Made by a program: the position numbers and the translations under genes. This document shows, in pieces, positions 14,571-28,424 of a stretch of 64,000 nucleotides of DNA. A model generated the notes under the pieces. The model searched no databases and was not told the origin of the DNA. It saw only the letters and a program-made list of their open reading frames with translations. Within the stretch, counting starts at the first letter, position 1; the number at the start of each line of letters is the position of its first letter. The stretch comes from Paraspadella gotoi (taxonomy: Eukaryota; Animalia; Chaetognatha): the NCBI GenBank assembly GCA_051294375.1, contig CM119270.1, forward strand, positions 7,705,817 to 7,769,816, given 5' to 3'.

Positions 14571-16001
14571 AAAACAGTGGCCTTCTTGGAAGGCCCAAAG
14601 GTAAGAGATGATTTTAAACTGGATACCGATAACTTTTAAATAATAAATGAATTTCAATCGTATCTTCTTTTAAATAATTACTATTAAATATAAAAATATT
14701 GATAAAATGTTTGATTTTCTTTTAACTTATTTTCTTCTTTGTTTTTCTTAATTCTCTCTTTTTCAATTAACATCGACTTTTTTTTCCTTTTATATTCCTT
14801 CTTTTTTCACTTTTCTTCTCTTTATTCTTATTTCCTCTTTCTAATTTCTCTTCCCTTCACTTAATCCCCTTTTTCCTCTCTCTCGCCCACTACCCCTTAT
14901 TCTTATTTCCCCTTTCTATTTGTTCTCTTCCCTTCTCTTCCTCCCTCTTTTTCCTCTCTCTCGCCCACTCCCCCTGATTCCGCCTTTCCATAATCTTGCC
15001 CGCGTTTTTCTTTCCGGAAATGGTTCCGGCCATTTTCGGAGGCGATCAGTTTGCGCGCGAAAAACGCCAACTCTTTCTGCTCTCTCGAGAGGAGACGAGA
15101 GAGAGAGATGAGAGACGAGAGAGAGAGAGAGGAGCGAAAGAGAAGAGGAGAGAGAGAGAGAGAGGAAGGGAGAAAAGAGAAAGAGAGAGAGAGAGAGAAA
15201 GATGAGAAAGAGAGAGTGAGAAAGAGAGAGAAAGACGAGAGAGAGAGAGAATAGAGGAGAAAGAGAGAAAGAGAGAGANNNNNNNNNNNNNNNNNNNNNN
15301 NNNACGATGAATCGCCTCTCACAGACTTTTGAGCTGAAAAATTACTGAAAGACGGAAAAGCTGATGTAGAAAAATGAGAAGTTATATTAGCTAAATACGT
15401 ATTATATATTACTGATTCATCTTGAAACTCTCGCAATGAATTCATTTAAATATATTTTTTTACATTCGTATTTTAAGACTACCTTAATTAAATCTTTCTG
15501 GTCAATCGGCTTTTAAAAATTCCACTGCGAATTTAATTTGAAAACACCCTAGTTTTAAAAAGAATTTTTGGGGAATAGTCCAGCCCTATTGACAAAAATG
15601 GGAAAAATTTCAACACGATGATTCAGTTGAACCGCATAATGTAAATTGAGATAAACATACTCAAGAAAAACCTGAACTTGACTACATATTTTCCCCATTT
15701 ATTGTAACCATTTAAAAAAGATTATTTCCCTAGCTGTTCATAGAAAATCATAACTGTTTAAACTATATATTATTCCGCTATTCTCGGTGGAGTATTTAAT
15801 GACGATAACGCTTTAGAAGAATAGGCAAAAGCGAAATCTGGCGGAGGAAAAAAAAAAGAAATAAAAATAAAATGGAATTTGAATTTGATTTCCATTTTCT
15901 CTTTCTCTTTCCTTCACACTTGATTTCCTACGAGCTTTCATTCTCTGCAAAGGCAAAAAACCAAGGATTTCTAAGTCTCTCTCTCTCTCTCTCCTTCTCT
16001 T

Positions 16002-16032
<31 letters not shown>

Positions 16033-19000
16033 TTCTTAAATTTTGTGTCCAGTATTTCACCATGTTTCGGTCATCTCTGTCAGTAAACTTTATTGCGAAA
16101 TATTGAAGACAATATTTGGCGGAAGAAATCTAAACAATTTTGATCAACTCTTTCGACAATAAATTTCAAATATTTTGAAAAATTCTATACATGTTTAAGG
16201 TCGATTTTAATTGATATCACTTCAGGAAATTGATCTAAAATGTCTACATTTCGGCGATTCCTTTTCTGTGGTGATCGCCCAAGCCTCCGATCCGATTATC
16301 TTTATACTTCAAACAGAACTCTTAGTTTCACCTTGTTACTCATTAAAAGGCACTATACAATAGGCGGTATGTATGCTTTGACTTTACGGCATCTGTACGA
16401 CGAAGCGCCATTAAAGGCGTCAGCTGCACCTGCTCGATTGCGTCTGGCATCGACACGGTATTGGAGAAATTGTCTGTCTGTCAGTATCCTTCGTATTTCG
16501 CTCTCGGCAGTCGGCATCCAGCGGTCGTCGCTCAGAGGGCGTATCTCGTCCCTGGGATTGCCGTTTCAAGGTAAGTCAATCGATCCGTCAGCTTTCGCCT
16601 TTGACTTCCGTATTCTGGCGGTCAGTATTCATCGTTCTGCATACGGTGATCTTCTGGCAATCAAAATTTCACAATAGGTACTCTGTCGGCAATGCGTCGA
16701 CTCGCGGCGCTCGGCAACCAGCGTTCGCCAGAACTGCGCCAACCTGGAGTCAAAGATTGACTATCGGACCTCCAATGTCGGCAATCGGCACTCGACTGTC
16801 GGCGAACGGCACTCGACCTCAGGAGATCGACACTCGAACATCGGCGCTCGGCGGTTCCTCTCTTCCAATTTTCGTTCGAATCGAATCAAATTCTTTTTCC
16901 GCGCAGCTGCGATCGAAAATGGAGGAAAGGGAAAAAAAAATGAGAAAATCAAAAAAAAAAGGGAAAAAAAAGAAGGAAAAATAAGTATGAGAAATCAACA
17001 GAGCAAGTAGCGTGAACGAGAAAGAAAAAATATAATNNNNNNNNNNNNNNNNNNNNNNNNNNNNNNNNNNNNNNNNNNNNNNNNNNNNNNNNNNNNNNNN
17101 NNNNNNNNNNNNNNNNNNNNNNNNNNNNNNNNNNNNNNNNNNNNNNNNNNNNNNNNNNNNNNNNNNNNNNNNNNNNNNNNNNNNNNNNNNNNNNNNNNNN
17201 NNNNNNNNNNNNNNNNNNNNNNNNNNNNNNNNNNNNNNNNNNNNNNNNNNNNNNNNNNNNNNNNNNNNNNNNNNNNNNNNNNNNNNNNNNNNNNNNNNNN
17301 NNNNNNNNNNNNNNNNNNNNNNNNNNNNNNNNNNNNNNNNNNNNNNNNNNNNNNNNNNNNNNNNNNNNNNNNNNNNNNNNNNNNNNNNNNNNNNNNNNNN
17401 NNNNNNNNNNNNNNNNNNNNNNNNNNNNNNNNNNNNNNNNNNNNNNNNNNNNNNNNNNNNNNNNNNNNNNNNNNNNNNNNNNNNNNNNNNNNNNNNNNNN
17501 NNNNNNNNNNNNNNNNNNNNNNNNNNNNNNNNNNNNNNNNNNNNNNNNNNNNNNNNNNNNNNNNNNNNNNNNNNNNNNNNNNNNNNNNNNNNNNNNNNNN
17601 NNNNNNNNNNNNNNNNNNNNNNNNNNNNNNNNNNNNNNNNNNNNNNNNNNNNNNNNNNNNNNNNNNNNNNNNNNNNNNNNNNNNNNNNNNNNNNNNNNNN
17701 NNNNNNNNNNNNNNNNNNNNNNNNNNNNNNNNNNNNNNNNNNNNNNNNNNNNNNNNNNNNNNNNNNNNNNNNNNNNNNNNNNNNNNNNNNNNNNNNNNNN
17801 NNNNNNNNNAGAGAGAGAGAGAGAGAGAGAGAGATACAATGTTGGCGCATGGCTGCTTTCTTCAATATTTCACCCAATAAATAGTTTGTACACGACAATC
17901 GATTTACTGATAACAAAAATTCAATAGAACGAAAAAAAAACAACGAAGCGACGAACGAACGAACGAAGCAACGAACGAACGAACGAACGGAACAAGATCC
18001 CGAACAAACGAACCAAGCACGAACAAAACGAACGCACGCCCACCGCGGTGGTGCATCGCACACATGGCTGAGTGAGAAGCTGGAGCTGAATAAAATATCC
18101 ATCGAAGATGTAATGAATCCGCGTCGTGACATCGGAATGAAAGAGGAAAGAGAAAGAGGGAAAGTCAAAACGAAAGAATGGAAGGAAAGGTCAGGGGGAG
18201 TAGAAGGAGGAATGTGAGGGCATGAAGTAGAGGCTAAAACTGCGCGCTGTTGAGAGTGTGATTCGACTAACCTCCAACATAGGTGCGATGATATCATAGA
18301 GGAGGAGGCAGGACACAGGAGGAGGAGAGAGGAGAAGAGGCAACAAGACGAAATTGTCACGAGTGGTAGGAAGAAGAAGCGAGATGAAAAAGGCGAAGAT
18401 GAGGTAGGAGAAGATAAAAAGAAGTGATAGTTTATGAGAAGATGACGATGATGAAGATGACATGGTGATGATAGATACGACGACGATGAAATGATCATGA
18501 TGATTGATGATGACGATAACGATAACGATGATGAAGATGATGATGATGACGATGATGATGATGAGGCTTAAAAGTACGTCGAGGAAAGGCGAAATAAGTG
18601 GGCATAAATAGAAAATAAAAAAGAGGGCATAAGAAAGAATGTAAAGAATGTTAAGGATTGAATTGAATTGTTTAATTTCTATTAGTCTAACGATAACACA
18701 AAGAAGTCATTAAGACTTAGAAACCACGTAGTACTAAACTTTCTTTCTCAGAGAGTAAAGGGGTCGCTCCGCTCGCCCGTGTTTCATCAAGGTCGAACTT
18801 AACGTTTTTCTTTTCCCCGGGATTTTCGACCCTGGGTTTTTACGGTTTTCACTCCTCCTCAAAAAAAAAAAGAAAAAAGAAAGAAAAAGAAAAAAAAAGT
18901 AAACAATTTCCGAGAATTCGTCGAAAAGAAAAGAAAGAAAAAAAAGAAAGAAAAAAAAAACTCGTAAAGTATTTTGAGCGGAAGTCAACAGCGTCGAACC

Positions 19001-21741
19001 ACAACACAGATCACGTGACTAAAACCTCGATCATAACATCGATCTTCTCAGGACGGAGCGTCGTCTGCCGATGGATTTCGCGAATGTTTTCATTTATAAA
19101 AATCACGGAGCGTCTGATTCTGAATCGAGGATGAGCCAAACGCCAACCATTAAATCCTCAATCACGAGATCATCGGATCGCAAGTCGTTATCTCTTTTTG
19201 ACCCAAAGACTTTTTNNNNNNNNNNNNNNNNNNNNNNNNNNNNNNNNNNNNNNNNNNNNNNNNNNNNNNNNNNNNNNNNNNNNNNNNNNNNNNNNNNNNN
19301 NNNNNNNNNNNNNNNNNNNNNNNNNNNNNNNNNNNNNNNNNNNNNNNNNNNNNNNNNNNNNNNNNNNNNNNNNNNNNNNNNNNNNNNNNNNNNNNNNNNN
19401 NNNNNNNNNNNNNNNNNNNNNNNNNNNNNNNNNNNNNNNNNNNNNNNNNNNNNNNNNNNNNNNNNNNNNNNNNNNNNNNNNNNNNNNNNNNNNNNNNNNN
19501 NNNNNNNNNNNNNNNNNNNNNNNNNNNNNNNNNNNNNNNNNNNNNNNNNNNNNNNNNNNNNNNNNNNNNNNNNNNNNNNNNNNNNNNNNNNNNNNNNNNN
19601 NNNNNNNTCCTTTCACCGCCCTCCCCTCACCCTTTCCCTTCACAACCTTTCTTCACTCTTACTTTTCACACCCTCCCTTCACCCTTTCCTTTCACACTCC
19701 CCTCCCTCTCTCACCGCCTCTTCCCATTTCCGGGACGGAAATTCAATCACATCCAGAACTCGAACTCCCGTCGCCTTCTCGCGTCTCGAGGTCCGGGTGA
19801 GTTCGCCGACGTCGCACGCCTCGACCGGGGACTCTGAAAGGAGGTTCGTCGCTATAAGTAGAAACGATAAAATGACCGAAGCAATAATCAATGAGTCGAA
19901 GATTTTGGTAATGCCATTACTAATGGTAAAATAGACTAAGCAGATATGACCAGACGAAAATAAACTGAAAAACCTAAAAGATATCGTATTCTTTGGTGAC
20001 TAAAGCAGAACCGCATTTCCCTAAAATAAATTATGAACAATGCTTAAGATGTACAAGCGGACTAAATTATATCACAATTCTACATCGAACTCCTGCTAAG
20101 TCTCTTTCGCACTTTTCTGGTCTCTAGCGGATTTAATCGAAAAAAGAAAAAGAAAAAAAAAGAAGAAAATAGCAGCGCTTTGGGCAGAAAGCTTCCAAAA
20201 GCACATCGTTAATCGTTATGATGAAATTGATCTCAATCTCTCTCTCTCTCTCTCTCTCTCTCNNNNNNNNNNNNNNNNNNNNNNNNNNNNNNNNNNNNNN
20301 NNNNNNNNNNNNNNNNNNNNNNNNNNNNNNNNNNNNNNNNNNNNNNNNNNNNNNNNNNNNNNNNNNNNNNNNNNNNNNNNNNNNNNNNNNNNNNNNNNNN
20401 NNNNNNNNNNNNNNNNNNNNNNNNNNNNNNNNNNNNNNNNNNNNNNNNNNNNNNNNNNNNNNNNNNNNNNNNNAATGGAGAAGGGATGGGAGATGGGAGA
20501 GAAGAATATAGAATGGAAGGGGAGATGGGAGAGAAGAATGGAGAATGGAAGGGGAGATGGGAGAGGGACCTCGGGAGAACAGATAAGATGTTAAGATAGA
20601 ATTGGAGAAATGTATTAAGAAGAGAGATGGAATGGAGAAAAAGGAAATGGAAATGAAAAGATGGCAAAGAATAGAGAAAAAAATAAAAGCGAAGAAACTA
20701 GTATAGATAAAAAAATAGGATCATAAAGAATAGATGGAGGGCTTGAAAAAAAAATCTATATATATATCTATCTTCAGTGGGTTGTACAAGAGTAGATAAA
20801 AGACGAGAGGAAAAGATGGAAGAAAAATGAAGATGTGAAGGAGAGAAAAAAACATGCAAATTCCTCGAGAATTCTAATAATAAAAAATGGTAGTAAGAAG
20901 GATGAAAGGAAAAATTAGGAAAGTTACCAAAACACATAAACGTTTTTATTCTTCATTACTTTTTTAGCTAAAATCTGAAACTTTCTTTAATTTATTTCTG
21001 TGTTTCTTGTGTTTTCCTGTGCTGGAAGAGAAAATATTTTTTTGTCGGAATCATTTCGTTTAAAAAACGTAAAGCAGAAAAACTACTTGGTCTTTGAACT
21101 ACGTTACAATTACTTGAAATAAAAAAAGAGTAAAATTCAGAGAAAAAAAAAACTATAAAAAAAATTATAAAATAAATATATTGGTCTCAAAGCTAACATC
21201 TAAACTCGATTCGAACGCCGGAAACCAAATGAAAATAAAAGGAGAGACTCTATTCAGTCGCGTCGGAAATACGACTCTTTTAGCTATCTCGTAGGTTAGT
21301 CAGTCTGTTAAATTATATTCGATTTTATTCGAATACAATCAGTACAATCGTCATCAACAAACAAACAAACAAAAAAATTGATAGGAGTGATTATTATACA
21401 ATTTATGAATATTATTTTATTACAATTAGTATACATAACGTTTGCTAACGTAAGGTCAAACGGATGTAGGAACGGAATATTCCGCCCATTGTGGAGCAGT
21501 TGACCAGAAGCAGTTGGTCCTTGAGAAACCTGAAACTTGGCTTTGGTGGTGTTGATGATTAAACGCAATTTGATTAAAATTTGTATCAGCATTTGGCGAA
21601 GGTTAGCAAAAAATTATGGGTTCGCGCTACATGGTTTGCTCCAACTCTTTTCTCTCTTTATTTTCTCTCTGCTCTTTTTCTTTTCTCTATTTTTTTCTTT
21701 GCTGTTTTCATTATCTCCCTCTTCTTTTTCTCTCTCTCTCT

Positions 21742-21819
<78 letters not shown>

Positions 21820-21968
21820 CTCTCTCCTCTCTCTCTCTCCTTTTTTTCCTTTTTAAAAGACGAGAAGAGAAGGAGAAAAAAAAAAGTCGTCCTAACATTT
21901 TTTCTTCTCTTCTTCTTCATCGTAAAGAGATTTGCATACAAACTGCCGTCCCGCGATCTCGAGTCGAT

Positions 21969-22411
21969 CACGTGACTATTTGCTTCTCGATCACGTGACT
22001 ATTCACGTCTTGATCACGTGGAAATCGGGTTTCGATACCACGTGACGTGGTGACGTCCGCACGTAATTGTTTCGTCAATCGCGTGATCTTTGCTACCATG
22101 ATACCCAAACTTAACAATTTGGTAATATTTTCTTCAAAATGTTCACAAGATTTTTCCCTGGCTACCTGATGTTCATATGATAATTTTTGTTGGGCAAAGT
22201 TGATTTTAATTGATACATGACTAGTCATAATTTAAAATCCGCTTGCGACTGACCATTAACCGCTCGACCTTTCCTTTTAGTCACGTGCATAGTTTTGTGT
22301 TTTTTTTCACGCGTCATGCGTAGATATGTCACGTGACAATAGACGCGTGTCGTGACGACGCTCAGCGCGTAGCGGCGTAAATGCCAGCGCGTGTCACGGT
22401 TTAGTCACGTG
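21969..22411. promoter_or_regulatory. Cluster of seven CACGTG E-boxes (mostly TCACGTG; one perfect GTCACGTGAC)
   Basis: CACGTG at 21969, 21992, 22015, 22039, 22282, 22330 and 22406. Further isolated TCACGTGA sites near 19012 and 25236. Confidence 0.5.
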
Positions 22412-22698
22412 TTTTTCAATAAGAGAGAAAGAAAAACAGTTTTGGAAACATAATTCGAAACGTTTCCTGTTGTTTATCTGCGTTTGAGAATAATCTATTA
22501 ATAATGAATTGACATCTTATAAAATGTTTTCGTCAACATTAACATTTGAAAAACGTTTTTCTTGACAAAAAAATCATTTTACTACTTTAATAAAATAAAA
22601 TTTTTAGTATCAGTTTTTCTCATTTACATTCAGGAGAAAAAAAAATTCAAAAGACGAGAAACTTGCCGTAGTCGCTTTTAAATGATTTCTTTTAAGAT

Positions 22699-22790
<92 letters not shown>

Positions 22791-24054
22791 GACTGTAAAA
22801 CCATGGGAAGGGCGAAAATTATGGGGCCGTTGCTCTTCGTTTATTCGTCCGACATCGAAGCAACGGAGAAAGAAAAATCGTCAAAGAAAAAAAAATGACT
22901 TTGACTTCGAATTCTAGAAAAAAAAAAAACAAATTTCTGTTGATTTGTGAGAAATAATAAAAAATAAACTGTGTTTTATTCGCTGTTATTTGTTAGTCTG
23001 TTATAAAGTTGTCTAAACTAAACTCACGTCGAAAAAAAGAATTCAATACGTTTAATCAGGTTTTGCGAAGGTTCACAAGGCGACTCTATGCAAAATATAT
23101 ATAGAAAACCGCTAACTAGGTCTCTAAAAAACTATATTTTGACAGGTTGGCAGGGCAAGTTGTTCAGTACAGAATACAGAGATAGTCAGAAATTTTGACG
23201 AGTGGAAAAACATAATGTTGAACAATTCATTAGTAGTAGTTTAGCTTCCTAGTTAATATATGCTTTAAAAAATTAACTATAGTTAATTATCAAATTTTCA
23301 ATCTAAATTTTTTTACATTTTAGTCTAAATCAGAGTTTTTTGCTATTTTGTTTGCTGCTTTCGAATCATTTGATTTTTGCTCTACCTTCTGAAAAGCAGA
23401 GGAAGTAAAAACAAAAGACTACCATGTATCTCGATTCTCGTATGTACATCTCTTGAATAATATTCTATAATAAAATTCTATAATCTATAATCTATAATCT
23501 ATTCTATAATATAATTCTATAATAAAAATAATTTTCTTTTTACTTAAAAGGTATTAGACACGTATATTCAATGAATATATATATAATATGATACCTTTTA
23601 AGTAAAAAGAAAATTATTTTTTCTTTGATGATACAGATATATTACATATTTTACAGTTTTATTGTAAAAAATATTTTGAGAATGAATTTTTCTGAAGCCG
23701 TCTTTTCTCTCGCTAAATACCGCAACTTGCATCCGAAAAGTCCTGAGCTCAAGATTGCAAGGTCCCAAGTTGAATCCCATTCAAAAAAAGCGGGAAGATT
23801 GCCGTGAGATACCTGCAAGAAGTTAGAATCCCCTGTCTGGTTCCCATAGACCTACTTTAGGGGACATGGGGAAGGAGCAAAGGAAGTTATTGCATATTGC
23901 GAGCTGCACGTATTTGTCTCTCGTTTCTGATTGAGACTATTAATCTCTTTATCTTTCCTTAGGAATTCCAAATCCGCTGGTATGAAAGACCCGGCTTTTG
24001 TGAACCTTCTCTCGATCTCTTTATTTCCGAAAGAAGTCAACGTTCGATCAAAAT

Positions 24055-24106
<52 letters not shown>

Positions 24107-24416
24107 TCTCTCTCCTCTCTTCTCTCTTCCTCTCTCTCTCTCTCCCCAGGCCATCGCCATCCAGTTTCCAAACTCGAATAAGTTTTCAAAAAACTCCATT
24201 AAATCGAAAACACGATTTTGTGAGGTTCATCATCCTCATCATCATCTCTAATGTATTTGTTATCATCATCATCACCGTCATGATCATCCTCGTCGTCTTC
24301 ATCGTTGTCGTCGTCGTCATCGTCGTTATCGTCCTAATTTGATTATTCCTCGGATCATCCAAACAGAAGCGGGGACACAGCGCTGCGTTACATTTCATTT
24401 CATTTCATTCCGATTC

Positions 24417-24505
<89 letters not shown>

Positions 24506-25644
24506 CCTATTTCTATTCCCTCCGCGACGATAATAAAGAACGATTAGTTTGTCCTCAAATCTCATTTGCATAATTGAGTAGATTTTTTACATAATTCTTT
24601 CTCTTTTTTACCTTTTCGAGGTCAATCACGAAAAAGAAAAAAAAAACTTGATTTGAATAAAAAATCAATGAAACTTTTTTCATCCCCGTTTTATCAGTCG
24701 TCACAACAAAAAAGGGACGAGTGAATAAAAAAAAAACAAAAAAACAAAAAAACCGAAACAAGCGTCAGAATCACAAAAAAAAAAAAAAAAAATGAAACGG
24801 AAGGAAAAAAAAACGAAAATCGACGTCGATGATAAAATTCATCTCACGCAAACTGTGAAAACCGTTTTTTTTATTCGCGGCGCCGCGATAAGATGTGAAG
24901 TGTGAAGTGTGATGTGTGATGCGATTGTGATGTGATGTGTTTCTATTTCTGGTGAATTTGTTCTTTGAGGACAACGTTCATGTGTCGGTTTTTTTTTTAC
25001 TCAAAATTGTTACTGACAACGAACCTGATGTGTAGTAAATGAAGTCTAAAAATGATTCAAATAAAGTGAGATTGTATGTATTATTTGTATTTTTTTTATT
25101 ATTACTATTTGTACTTTTTTAATTTTTCTATTGAACTTTTCCTTTTTTTTATTTCTCTTTCCCCTTTTTTTAAATTCTTGTTCTTAAATTTCGCTTCGCT
25201 GCCAAATCGATAGAAATCGAAATTGGTTCGCGAGTCACGTGAATAATCGGCTAAAGAATCAATCCAAGTGAAACTTTTTAAATCTTCATGTCCTTGGCTT
25301 TTTTTCTTATTCACAAAGTCTCACAGTTCACTGTCCAGTTAATTACAGTCGTTCAACTAACGATATTTTTAATGGTAAAGTCGATGTAAAAATTCAATTT
25401 TCTTTCTTTCTCTTTGAATTGAATTCAATTTCAAAGATTCAAGGGAATCGAATGTCTTTCTAATGCGTTCATCCTTATTTCTAATCGACCGCAGAGAAAA
25501 CACGACCGATCACAAAATGAAAAAGGAAACATTTTCGAAACAAAATCGCGAACATAAGTGAAAACTACATTAAAAGAAATAAAGAAAATAAAAAAAACAA
25601 CGACCCACAAAAAAAATAAAAAAAAACAAAATTTCCTCTTCGAG

Positions 25645-25698
25645 ATGTCATCAGTAAATTATAATCGAGCGCTGAGTCAGCGTGGACTCTGGAGGCAG
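25645..25698 (+). CDS. GGCT-like: GGCT-like putative first exon (MSSVNYNRALSQRGLWRQ)
   Basis: ATG in GAGATGT context, 18 open codons, donor CAG|GTTCGT, phase 0 matching the next exon. No homology support. Confidence 0.55.
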
Positions 25699-26089
25699 GT
25701 TCGTTCCGTACGGCTTGTATAAAGTGTAATTAATCTATTGACCAATCAATTTTAACGTTCATTGTGTATAATATTGTGTTTGTCACGACGTCAACCAATC
25801 TGTCCAAATTTGCTTCCAGCCTTAAGTTAGTAATACAGCTGTTTGAGCTTCAGTTTGTTTCCCTTTAATATTCCTTTTATCTTTTTTTTCTCGTTCACCG
25901 TGAAGAGGATAATAAAAAAAATTAAGAAAAAATAATTAATACGAAAAAACCAAAATGACGACCAGTGGCAGTGCGATAGAAATTGAGACGACGTCGACAA
26001 CGACAGTTTTTTTCCGGCGTAAACCGAAAGTGGCACCCGAGAACGAATCGACGGATTCCGCGTCGCATCTGTCACTTCGAGTTTTTACA

Positions 26090-26162
<73 letters not shown>

Positions 26163-28384
26163 TCCGCCGTGCCCCTCGGCGCACAAATTGACGAAATCAA
26201 CAAAATTTGACAACAACAACAACAATTTTTTCTCTCTAGGTTTCGACGACGCAAACGTCGACGCCAGATGGTGAAAGGTTCTACCTCTTCACCTGCGGAC
26301 CGGAGATGCTGGAAGAGCTCGTCAAGGAGATATGCCCCTCGGCAAAGGTCTCAATTGGAATTGAATTAATTCTATTATTTTAATTTCCTTCTATATAAAT
26401 GTTTTTTTTTAATTTTGCACTTTTTTTTCTCTATTTTCTCACTCATTAACTTTTCTCTTTATCTCACACTTTCATTTTTTTGCTCTTCACCAACTTTTCA
26501 CTCTGTTCACGCCCTTTTTTTTTCTCATTCATTTCTCACACCTTTGCTTCTTTCTTTCGCCCTTTTTCTTTTTCTTTTACTTTCTTTTTTCTTTCCTTGA
26601 ATCTTCCGTACTGATTTTCCTTATTCCTTTCCTGAACTCCCATTTACCTAATTCTCTCCTTTCTATTTTTCATGCCATCTCTGCCTCTCTCTTTGCCATT
26701 CTTTCCTTTTTTAATACCTTTTTTTCCTTTTTTCTTCCTCCTCTTTCTCATTTCCTTCCTTTCTTCTTTTCTTTTCCTCCTCCCTTCCTCCTTTTCCTCT
26801 TCCTCCGTTCAGTTCGTCGGCGTCGGCTGCGTCGACGGCTTCAAATTGGTCTTCAGAGGCGAAAGCGAGAAGTGGAGAGGAGCGTTAGCGACGCCCGCGG
26901 GGGACGACGACGACGGCGACGACGACGACAACGGAGACAACGACGACGGTCGAATTCTCGGTGTCGTCTGGTCGATTCTTCGTTCGGAAGTTTACCTGCT
27001 GGACACTTACGTAAGAAGAATTGATGTTTTTTCTTTGTTTTTATCACTAAACAATCAAACTTGTGGATAATATTGAAGCTCTCAACTATTTTTTGTTGCT
27101 TATCATATTTCTTAAGTATCAATAGCTACAAAATATTGATCACTGTTTTAAATTTATCCTGAAATAACAAGTTAATTACGAGCCTTTCAACAAAACAAAA
27201 ACTTCTGCCGAAATACGAATAATAAACAAAAACGAAAATAAAACATCGAATTCAGGTTTTTGGTTTTATCTCAGATCAGAGGAGAGAATACCATGTACCG
27301 TGTACTTTCACGAGAGGGCTTCAAGTCTTAATTTAATGTTCTTTTTCACTCTTTTTCTCTGGCTCCCACTATCCGCTACTTTTTATATCTCTCTCTCTCT
27401 TTCTCGCCGTCTCCTACTCACTCCCACTTTTTCTCCCACTCTCTCCTACCAGGACGGAGGCCAGTCCCCCATCAAATCGATCCAAGTCACGACGCGGGGT
27501 CAGAGCGTGCTGCGCTGCCGAGCCTACGAAGCAGCAGCAGCCGCCTCCGCAGCCGCCAACCAGGCCGACCTCGCCCCCTGTGAAGAGGAGGAGGCGAAGG
27601 AGGACGAGGATGACGCGAGGAAGACGGAGGAGAGTCTCGACTCTGGCGTCGACGGACTTGTCCGGACAGACGGACAGAAAACCGAGATACAGTAAGAAAT
27701 ACAGCGATACTGTAAGAGCAAGACTTTACATATAGACTTTTTAAAGAGCTCGTTTTTGGGATAATCAAACTCGGATAAGACTGTTATAACAAGCACCAAG
27801 AAATGAATACTATATTTATTTCACATTAATTTATATTGTATATTACGATATTTTCAAAATATTTTTCATCTTATATCCAACAAATGACAAAAACAGTATT
27901 GTTTAGAGTGTGATATAAGTAGAGTTTTGGAGAAAATTGAAGGAATTATACAATTTAAACATGAAGGAAGTAGTAATAGAATTCTATGGACATGAAAAAA
28001 GGGTCGATGTCGCATCATCACTGTCTGTAGACATTTGGAGCTGACTGTTTCTTCATTTTCTCTCGATTTCGTCACGCCAACATGATTTTTTCATTCTTGT
28101 TTCTTACTGTAAATAATAAGTATTATAATGACCAGCTCCATTTCAAGCTGTAACTAATTTTTTTCGTGTTTAAACTCGAGCAGATTCAGTCATTCCGAAA
28201 TAAGAAATAAAAATTTAAATGCAAAGAATGAGAACGGTATCGAAAAATTGGCGATGAGTTCAAGCATCAAAAAGGAAAAAAATTAATATATATATTAGTA
28301 ATATAAATGTTTTCTTTAAAAGATTAAAACTAATATAGGAAAAATAGTATTTTTTTCAATTTTCATTTGTAAAGCATCTCTTAT

Positions 28385-28424
<40 letters not shown>

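Noticed and set aside
16819-18498. 559-aa ORF and other ORFs containing X runs
   Set aside because: They are open only because they run through N gaps.
24186-24398. Asp-rich or Thr/Met-rich ORF (similar at 18440-18570)
   Set aside because: Degenerate (GAT/GAC)n simple repeat with no supported gene structure.
25955-26191. Alternative GGCT-like start (MTTSGSAIEIE...)
   Set aside because: No strong phase-0 donor before the (CT)n run. The 25645-25698 exon fits better.
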